DNA from: Lepidodermella squamata
Taxonomy: Eukaryota; Animalia; Gastrotricha
NCBI GenBank assembly: GCA_047495785.1
Contig: JBLDXI010000021.1
Location: forward strand, 62,001 to 126,000
DNA length: 64,000 nucleotides
Direction: 5' to 3'
Shown: positions 23,159 to 36,354 of the stretch, one piece after another
Position numbering within the stretch: position 1 is the stretch's first letter
How the letters are laid out: each line of letters starts with the position of its first letter
The notes under the pieces: model-generated
What the model was told of the DNA's origin: nothing
Seen by the model: the letters and a program-made list of their open reading frames with translations, nothing else
Database searches by the model: none
Translations under genes and position numbers: made by a program

Positions 23159-25121
23159 TTACAAAATTACTATAGGTTTAGGAGGTTTTTTCTTCGCATT
23201 TTTCTTCCCAGATGAATCATGGAGAATAATTACATCGCTCGGATGGCATACTGGATTGCCCATTATTCTATCGAATCGCGCCGGATTACCATGTTTGCTC
23301 TTTTCATGCAGCGCCAGGGTGAACTCGGCTTTAAAATCGAGATCGCACAAATCACAGAGGAAGATATCGGAATTAGCTGCATCCGACAACCTTCTTTTCC
23401 GGCTGTTTCCACCCTCACTATCGACTTCTTCCACAGCTTCGCATTCATCTAAATGATCGTCAAGATCTTTGAGCGATAACTCGATATGCGCGCATTTCGG
23501 ACAAACGAACGCCTCGTTTCTGTGGTACGAATCAACATGAGTGTACAAATGAAACTTTGACCGCAAATTCGCAGTACAACCCTCCACGCCGCACTTATAC
23601 TCAACAATTTTACGACCTGGCATAAGGTGGTCAGAGGCAAAATGGTTCGACAACGCGCCCTGCGTCAGAAAATGAACGTCAACCGGGCAAGAATCGCAAT
23701 GGTAGGTCTCATAATGGTGAAATGCAGCCTTCCGGTGTTGTTTCAACACCTCGAAATCGTCGTATTTTTTCGTGCAAATTTGACAACTTCGTAAATTAAA
23801 CCGGTCTTTGTTGTTATTACACTTCAAATCAATGTGCGCTGATAGATCGAAAATCGACCGAAAATTTTGACAACAATCCACGCAAACAAAAGCGTGTTTG
23901 AAATGCCACCGATCGGCATGTTCTAGAAACGCGGTTTTATCGCGAAAAGCTGAGAGACACCCCTCAACAGAACACTTAAACTGCTGGAAGGCCTCAAGGA
24001 AAGGTTTATCAGGGTGCATTGATAACAAGTGCCGGTCTAAATCGGAATTCGAGGGCGTAATCACGCCGCAGTGACTGCAAACATGGTTGAGATACGTGTG
24101 TTTCGACTCGAGTAGATGAGTTCGAAGGCCGGTGAATGTTTTGTACGATTGATGGCAAACTTGACACGTCTTCAAATCCACCGATGAAATTGCGCAATTT
24201 TTTCGGTCCGAACAATATTGGAGGTGATCGTTGAGGTACTCGGCGGACGATAATTGAAGGTAACACCATTTACATACAAAAACTTGTGTGTTATGCCAAT
24301 CGAATGCGTGAGATACAAGCTTAGTTAGACTGAGGAAGACCGAATCGCAATCCTCCGCTGAACAATTCAGCCGGGGCAGTCCAGCTGTTGAAATTTTTTC
24401 ATGCTTATTTATCAAATGCCGCTTTAGTTCGGCATCAGATAACGCGACATAGAGGCAGTTTGAATCGGGGCAGTAAATTGAGGTATACTTGTGATTAAAT
24501 TGGTGCCGATGTTGCTGGAATGTTTCGAAATTATCGAAGGTAGGGCAACTCTCGCTGCAGGCTGAATGACACATTCTGCAGAACATGTGAACTTTTGCCA
24601 CGCTATCATTTGTGCTATTTCGAGGTTCGAGAGGGTGAGCAATGTCCATGTGGCGGATGTAAATTTCGTAGGAAGGGAAGTTGACCGGGAAAGGGCACGC
24701 CGTGCAGGTGAAACGCTCTTCCACCTTAACGATTCTCGGTTCTTCGATTTCTATTGAATTACACGTGCATTCAGGTTTAACGTCTACATTGGTCGAAATT
24801 GTCCTGAAAATTAAGAAAAAAATTATAAAAAATTTCAAAATGTCATGTTTTTCCCACCGTGGTTGATCAATGATTTCTATAGGTTCAGCTTTTGCTATAT
24901 TTAATCTGTAACCAGAAAGTAATTAAGAATTTTCAAGTAAAATTTGCGAAAAATTACCTTGAGGTGATCGAAATCGGCCGACCGCCAACCGGGACGAAAA
25001 CAATTTTTCCCGGCAATTTTCTGCGAAAATCGAAAATTTGTAGATTCGCCGGGTTCATGGAAACTAAAATAAATTACCTTACCACTGGGTTCGACCAGTT
25101 ATTTGGTGCTTTTTTACTCAT
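23159..25121 (-). CDS. ZF5: family zinc-finger protein
   Basis: ATG 25121; 'GKIVFVPVGGRP', 'AKAEPIEIID', 'VKPECTC'; signature FTCTACPFPVNFPSYEIYIRHMDIAHP. Confidence 0.88.
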
Positions 25122-25256
25122 AACTGCGTTTTTTGAAATGCCATAAATAATTTAAAAATTATCTAAATCGTAAAAGGCGAATTTTAGTGAGCAAAAATCA
25201 GTAAAAACCAGCAGAAATCGCAGAAAAATAGGAAAGTGTCAATTATTCGAATTTTT

Positions 25257-27508
25257 TTAGAAACAAGAATTGCTCATCGTATGAGCTCGATACTTTGACC
25301 AGAGAGCGAATTTAGCTTCGCACGTTCCACATCGAAATGTCTTCCTCAACGCAATGATTGCGTTCAGCTTCTCCTTCAAATTTTCGATGCGAAGTAAAAC
25401 CGAGTGACAAATCGACAAATGATTAGCTAAATTCTTCAAAGACTTGAAACTTTGATAGCACATGAAACAATCGTATTTGAAGGTTCTCTTGCTCTTCGTT
25501 TCGCATCGTTCCTCAAAATGACGCACCAAGTTTTTCCTCAACGCAAAGTTTTTGTCACATTTTCCGCAACAATGCCAATGACTGATAGGCTTTAGATTAT
25601 GTTCCTTTCTCAAGTGCTCCTTCAAAATGTCAACGTTACTGAAAGTTTTCGGGCAAATCTTGCAGCAAAACGCGAATAGGCAACGCTTGGAATGCTGGGC
25701 GAGTTTAGATTTATCCGCAAAGAAACTATCACAATTACTGCATTTTCCAAGGGCTAACACAACAGCGGGCGAATTTTCACGTTGTTCAGTAATTGAGATT
25801 TCATTCGATTGACTCGACAATCCCTGGCAAGCCGTCTTATGCGTTTCAAAATCAACGGAACTATAGGAAATCACGTAACAACACAGACAGACATGAGCAC
25901 CAACCCCGAGACACTGGTTGAGATGGCCCAGCAAATGATCGACAGATCGAAAAACGGAGCAACAACCTTTAACTGGGCAGTAAAACTCGGTTCTGTTCCA
26001 ATCTCCAATTCCATGAGTAGAGATCAGGTGGTTTCTCAACGCATCAGAGGAGACGAAAGGCATGGATTCGCATTTGTCGCAATGATACGCGTAGTAACAA
26101 TGGAAGTTTTCAGTGCGATGGGCGTTTAACAAATCAGTCCTAGGCGAAACGTGGGCACAAATGGCGCATTTAAGGACTGATAGCCGTCCATTATCGCAGA
26201 CCCTTGCGAAGTTGTGAGCCTTCAACTCTGTCTGACTTCGAAACATTTGACAGCAATGCCGGCATATAGCAGCTGTGGTTGGGTGGTACAGAGCAACGTG
26301 GATTTGAACGGCTAGTTTGCTGCGAAAAATTGACCCGCAACCCCGGACAGCGCATTTAAACTGGCCGTAAGGTCGATTAGTGATATAAGGATGGAACTGT
26401 TCAATGTGGCAATTCAACTCTTTGTCGGAAAGAGCAACACAACCGCAATTCTCGAGACCGCATACGAAATTCGAGTAGGTATGGCCCAATCTAGCCTGGT
26501 GCCTCCGAAGACCTTCGAAAGTGTTGAAAGAATCGTAGCAAATCTTGCAGGCTTTACAATTTCTTAAAAATTGAAGATTATCAACCTCGAAATTCGACTG
26601 AAAATGTTCGCTCAGTTTGATGAAGGAGTTGAATTGAATGAAGCATACGCGGCAAGCAAAAATTGACATTGGGTGCCATTTGGTGACATGAGAGACCAAT
26701 TTAGCACCAGTCATGAAGACGGAATCACAGTAGGTAGCTGAGCAGCGAAAGGAGGAGTTTGTGCTAAATAACATTCCTTTATGAGCTAATTCGAGATGAG
26801 TTTTCAAGTCATATTCGGACATTGCGGTGAAAATGCAATGAGAATCCGGGCAATGATAGGTCGTGTAGAAATGGCCGCTTGCAACTCGATGGGCTTGAAA
26901 TTTGCTGAATTCGTTAAAACGCGACTGGCAGAGCTTGCAATACATGTCAGATGATTCATTTCGTAGAGCATCAAGCTGGAGAGTCCAGTGAGCTGTACTC
27001 ATGTGGCGTAAATAAATGTCGCGGGTAGGAAATTCGACTGGAAAATGGCAAAATCTGCACATAAAACGCTGCCCAATTTCAATCAAATCCTGCTCTTCTG
27101 GTTTTGAAGTCGAATTTTCATGATTGCAAGCACACTCGGGCTTGATTGAAGCAAAATTCACCGATAAGCAGCTGGTTAAAGAAATAACAATTTAATGGCA
27201 ATCAAAAATGGTAACTCGAATATACCAGGACTTTTGAGGTGGATTAGCAGCGATTTCGACAGGTTCAGCTTTCGGCGTAATGCAGCTGTTAATAAAAAAC
27301 TTGGAAAAGTTCAAATCAATAGAATACAATACCTCGTAGCGACTCGATCGACTTTTGGGGCAGGGCGTGTGCCAACTGGCACAAGAATTAATTTTTTCGT
27401 ACCAGACGATTGAGACTCTCTTAAAATTATAAAATGGAAAATTAGAAAAAATTCAAATAGAGCGGCGTAAAAATACCTGCAGAAGATTGTTACTGATTTG
27501 CCAGCCAT
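25257..27508 (-). CDS. ZF6: family zinc-finger protein
   Basis: ATG 27508; 'KKLILVPVGTRP', 'PKAEPVEI', 'IKPECAC'; signature FMCRFCHFPVEFPTRDIYLRHMSTAH; ORF 25257-27161. Confidence 0.88.
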
Positions 27509-27623
27509 TGCGAGAATACTTTTTTCATTACAAAAATATCTATACGCAAAGGGACATTTTTAAAATGCAATATTTTTGAAATATTTGCAACAAAATGATA
27601 CAACAGCAGTATCACTTCTTTAT

Positions 27624-30236
27624 TCAAGAGATATCACTGCGTTTTTTCGGGCAACTTCGCAGGAGAACGTGCTTCCGATAGGCCAGCCATCGCTTAAAAC
27701 GCTGGCCACATGCTTCGCAGCGATGAATCTTAAATTGTTCCCTGTACGAGAAAACCTTCGGGCCAAGACTACGGAAGTGAACAGTTGATTTATGCTTGGC
27801 AAGTTGCTTTTCCAGTTTAAAAATATCGCCACATAGCGGGCATTTGAATTCGAAATCCGCTGAATAACACGGTTTTTTACGATGCTTTATCCGGCCATGC
27901 CTTGACCTGAAGCGCTTGCCGCATTTTCCACAACTATACGCATACCGCTTGGGGTTCGTTTTCGTCGAGCGACTGGTGGTCATTTGTACGGAATGCAAGG
28001 AAAACAAGTGATTTATCAAAACAGCTTTACACCGAAAACCATTGCCGCAGACTGGACAACGATGCTTCGAGTCTTCGGGATCACAGGGCCGCTCTTGGTG
28101 ATGCATCAAGTCCGTCTTATTCCAGAAACGCTTCTCACATCGTTCACAGCGATACTGACATTTAGTAATTCTTTTGGCGCAAGTTTTACGATGAGCTTCA
28201 AAATTGCCCCGCACATAAATTTCCCCGCAATAACTACATTTGATCTCGTTCTTAGGAAGCGCATTTTGCAAACGCTTTTCGAAACGTACAATTTCAACGT
28301 GATTCACCGATAAGTGAACTTCTTGTTCTTTTCGAGTAAATGAAATGTACGCGCAGTGAGGACATAGGAAGATCTGAAACTTGTGGCAGTCATTGACATG
28401 GCGAGCCAAGTGATTTCGAGACCTCAACACGGCACAACAACCTTTCACCGGGCAGAAATTTTCGCAATCCTGCCATTCCAACGACTCGTGTACTGCGGTG
28501 TAGTGCTTTTTCAGCAAATCAGGCGACAGAAAATACAAGTCATTCGGGCAAATTTCGCAGTGATAGGTGAAGTAACAGTGAAAATTGACCATACGATGAC
28601 GGCTCCAGCCGACTGGCTGCCTTTTCCTTTCATTGCAAATGATACATGTGTTCGGGCCATGGCGCTCATTGGAGTCGAAAAGGCACCCTCTCCCACTCAA
28701 ATGGAGTGAAACATCATTAGGGTTAGCAAGCACTTGGCCACAATATTTGCATGGGGTACCCTCGTCTTTATGCCACGAAGAAGCATGATTCAAGAGGCCT
28801 GAGATATCGCGAAAGACCGATGAGCAGCCTTTAACGCTACAGCGGAAATGGCCGTAAGGTTGAAGGGGCAGATCGGGATGAACTCTCCTCAAATGCTCAT
28901 CCAAATCGAAATTCGAATGACAGATATAGGTACAATGACTGCAGACAAAATTGAGGTAGAAATGTCTGTCTCTCTTCTTATGATCTTCCAGACTTTCAAA
29001 AGAAGCGCACGAATTGCCGCAAATTTTACATGACGTAAAATCTTTTGAAAATTCGTCAGCGCTTTGGCCGTGCTGGCAACAAATGAAATGATTTTTCAGT
29101 TTATTTATCGACTCGAATCCCAGGAAGCAAAAGCGACAAGTGTAGCCCGAAGTCGGATGCCAGCTATTGATATGAGCAATCAACTTAGCCCCTGTGAAGA
29201 GAACCGAATCGCAACCTTTTGCAACACATCTGAGCTTCGAAAGGTTCTGAATAGAAATTTCCTGATGCTCGGCAACCACATGTTGAATTAGGCCATCTTC
29301 GCTTAAAGCGAGGAATGAGCATTTCAGGGATGGGCAATGATAGGAAGTGTACCAGTGGTTCAGTTTAGCTCGATGGGCTTCAAATCTCGCGAAAATGTTG
29401 AAAGAAAAAGGATTGCTGAGTTCCAACGATGGGAAACAATTCCGGCAGATCATGGGGGTTTCAACCAATTCAACTTTCTGCTGAATACTCGAATCTGGAA
29501 CAAGCGGATGGGCTGTGTCCAAGTGTCGCACCAGCATGTCATGCGTTGGGAATCGGATCAAGCAACGAGTGCATGAAAATTCTTGCTCCACCTTAACCAC
29601 AGTCACATCATCTTCGCTTTCTAACGCTGAATTACTGTTCTGAAGATCGGAAAACTTATAGGGTGGATGATTAGCATTATCAGCCGACCGAATAACAGGA
29701 TTATTTTCAACAGCTGGCCTATTTCCAACATTAACAGGCCGAAAACACCTTGTTTCATGACAAATGATTAAAAAAGAACAATTCGAAAATAGAATATTAC
29801 CTTATAATAGGCCTGATCGGTATGTGTCTCTGCGCAGTGGCCGACTCAATTTGATCGGGTTCGACGATTCGAAGTTCATCCTCATCACGAGACCGCTGAT
29901 TTGAGGGTTTGCTGCAAATGCATTCAGGCTTGACAACAACATTTCCAATGACGCTAAATTAGATTAATTCAGTTTTTACAAGCTTTTTTTAGCATTTTTC
30001 GATAAAATTACCGCTGTTGGATATTTAAATATCCATCAATTTCTACAGGTTCATCCTTGGGAGGCGGTAGCAAGTTGTTGGCAATTTGGTTTGCAGGTCT
30101 TGAAGAAACGAGAATCCCACCAGGAGTAACAATTATAACGCCTTTATCTCGCCTAATCAAATTTCAATTAAGGAAGAAAATGACGGTCAAGTTCCGAACA
30201 ATACCTTATCAAGTTATCGGACACTTGGCTTCGCAT
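27624..30236 (-). CDS. ZF7: family zinc-finger protein (ZF7/8/9 subclade)
   Basis: ATG 30236; 'GVIIVTPGG', 'PKDEPVEID', 'VKPECIC', 'VKVEQEF'; C-terminal KIHRCEACGQRFKRWLAYRKH. Confidence 0.88.
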
Positions 30237-30965
30237 ACTCTCGAATTAGCGCTGTAAATTTCGATCGATTCACATTTTACGACTTATGAGGCATGAGGTA
30301 TCATTGGTATGAAAGACTACGACCATTTCACACAAAATTAAAAGACCTAGAAAAATCAGCAAGAGCATTGAAGAGCATTGCAAAATTGTGAAAATCGGTT
30401 TCTTGCATAGCATTGAAAGGCTAAAAAAGCCACCAAGGGTGCTTTCCGAGTTTGTGGCTTTTTCATTTTCCCAACACCTTTTTTCATCTAACTGCGAACT
30501 CGATTAATGCAATAATTCCGCGAAAAATGACCTTTTGAATCAATTAATTTCATATTTTTCTCTTCGTGTTCTTATCCGCCCAACATTTTCAAAGGTTATT
30601 CGATGATAGCCACTCCTACTAACATGGTCTGGTTCTCTAACATAGCGGAAAATGGTTCAACAAGCCCAAAGTAGGATTCCCAAGCTCAAGCTAATATAGT
30701 CGAAAAAACGAACATGATCATATTTGGATGGTCTGTAAAACCATAAACATGATGAGTTTCCCAACAAGGTTAGATGGAAAAAGATTCGGACGAAAAAAAA
30801 CGGAAAACCGGGTTAAATTTAGCTATTCATCTTACCCCACGTGTTACTATCAATCGACCAGTTCATTCGAAGTCAATTTTAATATATCTATGCGTAAAGA
30901 TTCAATGGTTTCGCAATATATTTCATTCCTATTATAATCAACAAAATTATAAATTTGAAGTCTAA

Positions 30966-33598
30966 TCAGCGATTAATTTGCGTTTCTTTAAGGCACGCCC
31001 GTCGAATAACATGATATCGATAGGCCAGCCATCGCTTGAACCGATAACCACACGTTGCGCACCGGAAGATTTTGAAACATTCTCTGTAGGCTGATCTCCT
31101 CGAACTCGAACGAACGGGATGAACAATAAGCCTGTGCCGGTGAAGCAAATTCTTGTACTTGAAAACATCGTCGCAAATTGAGCAGCGAAACTTGAAATCC
31201 GCTGAATCACAAGGTTTCGAAGCATGACCGCTCAACCGCGACCTTGTTTCGAAGTATTTGCCGCATTTGTCGCAACGAAACCCCCAGCGATTAGCATTTT
31301 GACTATCACACCGTTTACCCTTAGGATGTTTGACTTTCGTTGAAAGCTTCACAGAATGAGACATTATCAAGTGATTTCTCAGGTGACCTTTCTTCATGTA
31401 GGCCTTCCAGCAAATCGGGCAACGATTTTTATAGTCTCCAGGGTCACAAGGCTGCTTTTGATGGGCTAAAAATTTGCCTTTCGTCATCAAGTACTTGCCG
31501 CATTTTTCGCACGTATAACCACCTTTCGCAGATTTCTGACGGCAGATATTACAATTAGAAGGGTATTCCTCCAGTTTCTTCTGAGAATAGCTTAGTTTAC
31601 ATGTCGAACATGTGACTTTGTGAGCTGAGCCTTTGAGAGCAATCGAATCTTTTTCAGTTTTAATTCGCTTGTCGCAGTGTTTGCAATCTTGCGACGAATT
31701 TTCCACGGAACACATTGATGAATGCTCGTCCACTTCTTTCTGATCGAAGCCAAAGAACGAACAGCGCGAGCATAGATAAACCTGATTCTTGTGGTTGTCA
31801 AACACGTGACGCTCCAGGTGATTTCGACATTGCAAAACGGCACAACAGCCCTTCATCGGGCAGAAAAATTCGCGACTTTGCCACTCTTCTTCCTTGTGTT
31901 CAGTCTCGTAATGCTGCTTAAGATAAACAGGCGACAGATGATACAAGTCTTTTGGGCAAATTTCGCAGTGATAGGTGAAGTAGCAGTGAAGATGAGCCAT
32001 ACGATGCGGGCTCACCGTTCTTCCATGTTTCATTTTGACATTACAAACGAAGCATTGACTGAGGTAGTGCCGCTCCAAATCATCAACAAAACGATTTTTC
32101 AAATGATACTCAACGTCTTTAGGGTTGAGGAAAACTTCAGCGCAACAATTGCAGGTGTAAACCTGGTGTTTATGCCACTTTGTAATGTGACGGGAAAGAC
32201 CTGTGATATCGCGGAAAATAGTCGAACAGCCCGGGATGCTACACCGAAATTGGCCGTAGGGTTGATGCGGAAGATCAGGATGAGATTTTCTCAAATGCTC
32301 GTCCAGTTCAAAATTCGAAAGACCGACAAAGCGACAATGGCTACAAGCAAAAATGAGGTAGAAATGGCCGAATTCTCTCTTATGGTCCTTCAGACTGTCG
32401 AACGATTCGCATGAATTACAGCAAATTTTACACCTTAGCAAGTCCTTCGACGACTCATCGGCCGTTTTCCCGAAATCGCAAAATAGAAAATGACCTTCGA
32501 GTTGATACAACGCCATGAATGGTCGAAGGCAGAAACGGCAGGTGTAGCCTGAAATCGGATGCCAGTCACTGATATGGACGGCCAATTTTTCAAGACTCAA
32601 GAAAATCGAATCGCAGCCTTTTGTTACACATCTGAACTTTAGAAAGGGTCCCGCAGGATATTCTTTGTATTTACTAGTCAAATGCATGTTGAGCTCATCC
32701 TCTGTTACTCCAAAAAATTGACATCCTACGGCCGGGCAGTGGTAAGATGTATAGTAGTGGTTCATCTCAGCTCGATGAGCGGCAAATTTTCTGAAATCTT
32801 GGAATGAAGGCACTTTGCGACCACCCGGCAATGATTGGCATATTCGACAAATCATGAAATTATTCGATTCTTCATCCGGCTGATTTTGCTGGCAAAATCC
32901 AGTAGAATCGATAGGATGGGCGGTCTCCACGTGTCGCATGTAAATTTCATGCGTTGGAAAGCGGACTTCAATAGGGCAAGTTTTGCAAATGAATTCCTGT
33001 TCCACCTTAACGATTGGTAGTAAATCATTCTGAATAACGCTTCCGCTGGTTTTATCTGTATGAAGCTGGTTGGAACGTTTAGAATCAGGGCGATTAACAA
33101 CACTGACAGGCCGAAAAGACCTGTTGAAAGAATATTAGAAATAATTAGGAAAATTATCCAAATAATACCTTATCACAGGTTTACATGGTGAAACAGTAGA
33201 AATTGAGTTGTTCGATTCATGCTGATTGACACGAGATTCCTCACACAACGTATCACTCGAAGAGCTGTAGCAAATAAACGTAACAATAAATATTATCTAA
33301 AACGATTAAAGCCTATTTACCTTTTCGCCGCATTGAAATTGCTTTCGACAGGTTCAGATTTCGTAGGAACAACACTATAACAAAAAAAACTCAGCCTATT
33401 CATTTCCTCTCAAAAAAATAATTTACTTTTTAGCAACAACGTTTGATGCTGGTCGAACGCCAACTGGCACGAAAATGATTTTACCTGAAGTCAACGGTTG
33501 GGACTTCCTATTCATAACTTGAAAATTCAAAAAATTAAACTTCGAGAATGAATTAACAATACCTACTTGGCAGAATTCGGCAGAGGCAAGTCCAACAT
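30966..33598 (-). CDS. ZF8: family zinc-finger protein (ZF7/8/9 subclade)
   Basis: ATG ~33598; 'GKIIFVPVGVRP', 'TKSEPVE', 'PIVKVEQEF'; ORF 30966-33005 extends in frame to the acceptor at 33121. Confidence 0.85.
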
Positions 33599-33744
33599 GG
33601 AATGAATCACTCTTTCATTATCCGGGTGAAAAAAAAACAATTTTAACGAGACTAAGTAAAATCAACAATAGTTATTCATTGTTATTTGAATACAGCAACA
33701 ACATGGTAAAAAATTTATTTATCTTTTTTATAAGATGAAAGAGT

Positions 33745-36210
33745 TTAGAGGCAGCTTCGCAAGCGAACGTGTTTTCGATAGGCCAGCCATCGCTTGAAAC
33801 GGCGGCCGCATGCTTCGCAACGATGAATCTTGAATTGCTCTCTGTACATGAACATCCTTGGACCAAAAATGCGGAAGTGAACTGTTGATTTGTGCTTGGC
33901 GAGTTGATTTTCCAGTTTGAAAATATCGCCGCAAAGTGAGCATTTAAATTGAAAATCAGCAGAGCTACACGGCTTTAACCGATGCTTCCTCAAGCTAGAC
34001 CTTGTCATGTAGACCTTGCCGCATGTGCCGCAACGAAAAACACTGCTATTCTGGTTATGGACATCTAATCGCTTCAAATTCAGGTTAGCCAAGCCATTGG
34101 TCATTTGTACGGAATGCAATGAAAGCAAATGATTTCTCAGAACTCCTTTTCTCAGAAAAATGTTGCCGCAGACTGGACAGCGAAATTTCACGTTTTCAGG
34201 ATCGCACGGCCGCTGTTGATGTTTTGCCAATTTCGCTTTTTTCCAGAAATACTTGCCACATTTTTCGCAGCGAAATCGACCTTTAACAGGTTTCCTGTGG
34301 CCAATTATACGTTTTTCCTTATATTTGATGGGCACATGCATTTTTCGGCTATCATTTGCCACAGTTTCCATGTGAACACCCGACAAGTGTGCCTCGTAGT
34401 CCTTCGAAGTGGAGGAAAAGAACGCGCAGTGAGAACATAAGAAGATCCGAGTCTTGTGGCAGTCGCGAACATGGCGACCTAGGTGATTTCGCGACTTTAA
34501 AACGGCACAACAGCCCTCCACTGGGCAAAAAACTTCGCTGTTCTGCCATTCTAACGATTCGTGTGCAGTAGTGTAGTGTTGTTTCAGCAAATCAGACGAC
34601 AGATAATACAAGTCATTCGGGCAAATTTCGCAGTGATAGGTGAAGTAACAGTGAAAATTGATCGTACGATGGCGGCTCCAGCCGAATTTCACCCTGTTGG
34701 TTTTCGTGCAAACGATACATTCATCGTTTGGGCCATTCCTCTCATTGGCGTCGAAAAGGCACCCCCTCCCACTCAAATGGAGTGAAACATCACTAGGATT
34801 ACCAAGTACTTGGCCACAATATTTGCATGGGGAACCCTCGTCTTTATGCCACGAAGATGCATGATTTACGAGGCCTGGGACATCGCGAAAGACCGAGGAA
34901 CATCCTTTAATGCTACAGCGGAATTGGCCGTACGGTTGAGGGGGCAGATCAGGATGAACTTTCCTCAAATGCTCATCCAACTCGAAATTTGAATGACCGA
35001 TAAAGTTACAGTGGCTGCACGCGAAATTGAGGTAGAAATGGCCTAATTGATTTTTATGCTCGTCCAGAATATTAAAACATGTAAAGGAAGTATTGCATAT
35101 TTTACACGAAAGCAAATCTCTCCATGACTTGTCTGCCGCTTTCCCGAATTGGCAAATTAAAAAGTGAGTTTCAAGATGGGCCAGCCCTCTGAATCCCCGA
35201 AAACAGAAACGACAAGCGTAGCCCGAGAGCGGATGTTTTTCTCTTAAATGGGCGAACAATTTAGGTTCATCAAAGAAAATGGAATTGCAACTCCTCGCTA
35301 CACATTCTAGCCTTGGATGCCTTTCGACAGGAATACCGTTGTGTTTAGCATTCACATGTTCGGTTAAATCGTTTTCGACCAAAGCGACAAATCGACATTT
35401 TAGGACTGGGCAATGGTAAGATGTACAAATGTGGTTATTTCCAACACGATTCCCATCTAGTTCGACGAAATCCTCAGGAATTCTCGCTGTTGAATCTGTC
35501 TGAATTATTCGCTCATTCTCCCTAGGACGAACAGGACGATTAGGCTGGATAGGATGAACAGTGTCCAGATGCCGAACGTAAATCTCATGCGATGGGAAAC
35601 TTCGGCGGACAGGGCACAAGGTGCAGAAATATTCGCATGCCACCCCAGTGACAGTCAGATCATCATCATCAGCTGTGTTTCTGCTCTGCTGATTATAATC
35701 TGGACGCTTTTCAACTATATTTGGTCTAAAAGACCTGTTAAAAACAATTAGGAAATAAAAACAAAAAATTTTGAAAGCGAATAATACCTAATAATTGGCT
35801 TATTGATCGGTTCATTTCGAGGGGCTCGAACGATTCGAAATTCTTCCTCATCCCTAGACTCCTCGAGGCTGTTGCAAACGCATTCCGGCTTGATGTCACA
35901 GTTTCCTACATCAATCCTGTACAAAAATTGGAAAATGAATTTTTCCATAATTATTTGCGTTTTTGAGTCATATTACCCTCGACTGGTATGGGCATTGCTG
36001 TCAATTTCAATCGGTTCGACTTTGGGGAGCAGTAGCAATTTATTGCCATTCTGACTGGATGAACTCGATGCGACAAGAACCCTGCCAGGAACAACAATTA
36101 TCACGCCGTTTTTGACAGGTGGCTCGGGTCTACAGAAAAACATCGGATTATAGTGACGACTAGAGCTCTGAAAAGTACCTGGTGGAATTATTAGGCACCC
36201 GGCTCCGCAT
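33745..36210 (-). CDS. ZF9: family zinc-finger protein (ZF7/8/9 subclade), first block finger degenerate
   Basis: ATG 36210; 'GVIIVVPGR', 'PKVEPIEID', 'IKPECVC'; very similar to ZF7 centrally and C-terminally. Confidence 0.88.
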
Positions 36211-36354
36211 TGGCGCTAAAAGTGCCTCTATCCATACATCGAGAGAATATCGACAGGTAAACTTAGAATTAAAAAAATTCTATAAAAAATGAGATGCATT
36301 GATTAGAAAATTATACTGTTAAAAACATCAAAAAATCAACAGCTTAACAACCAG

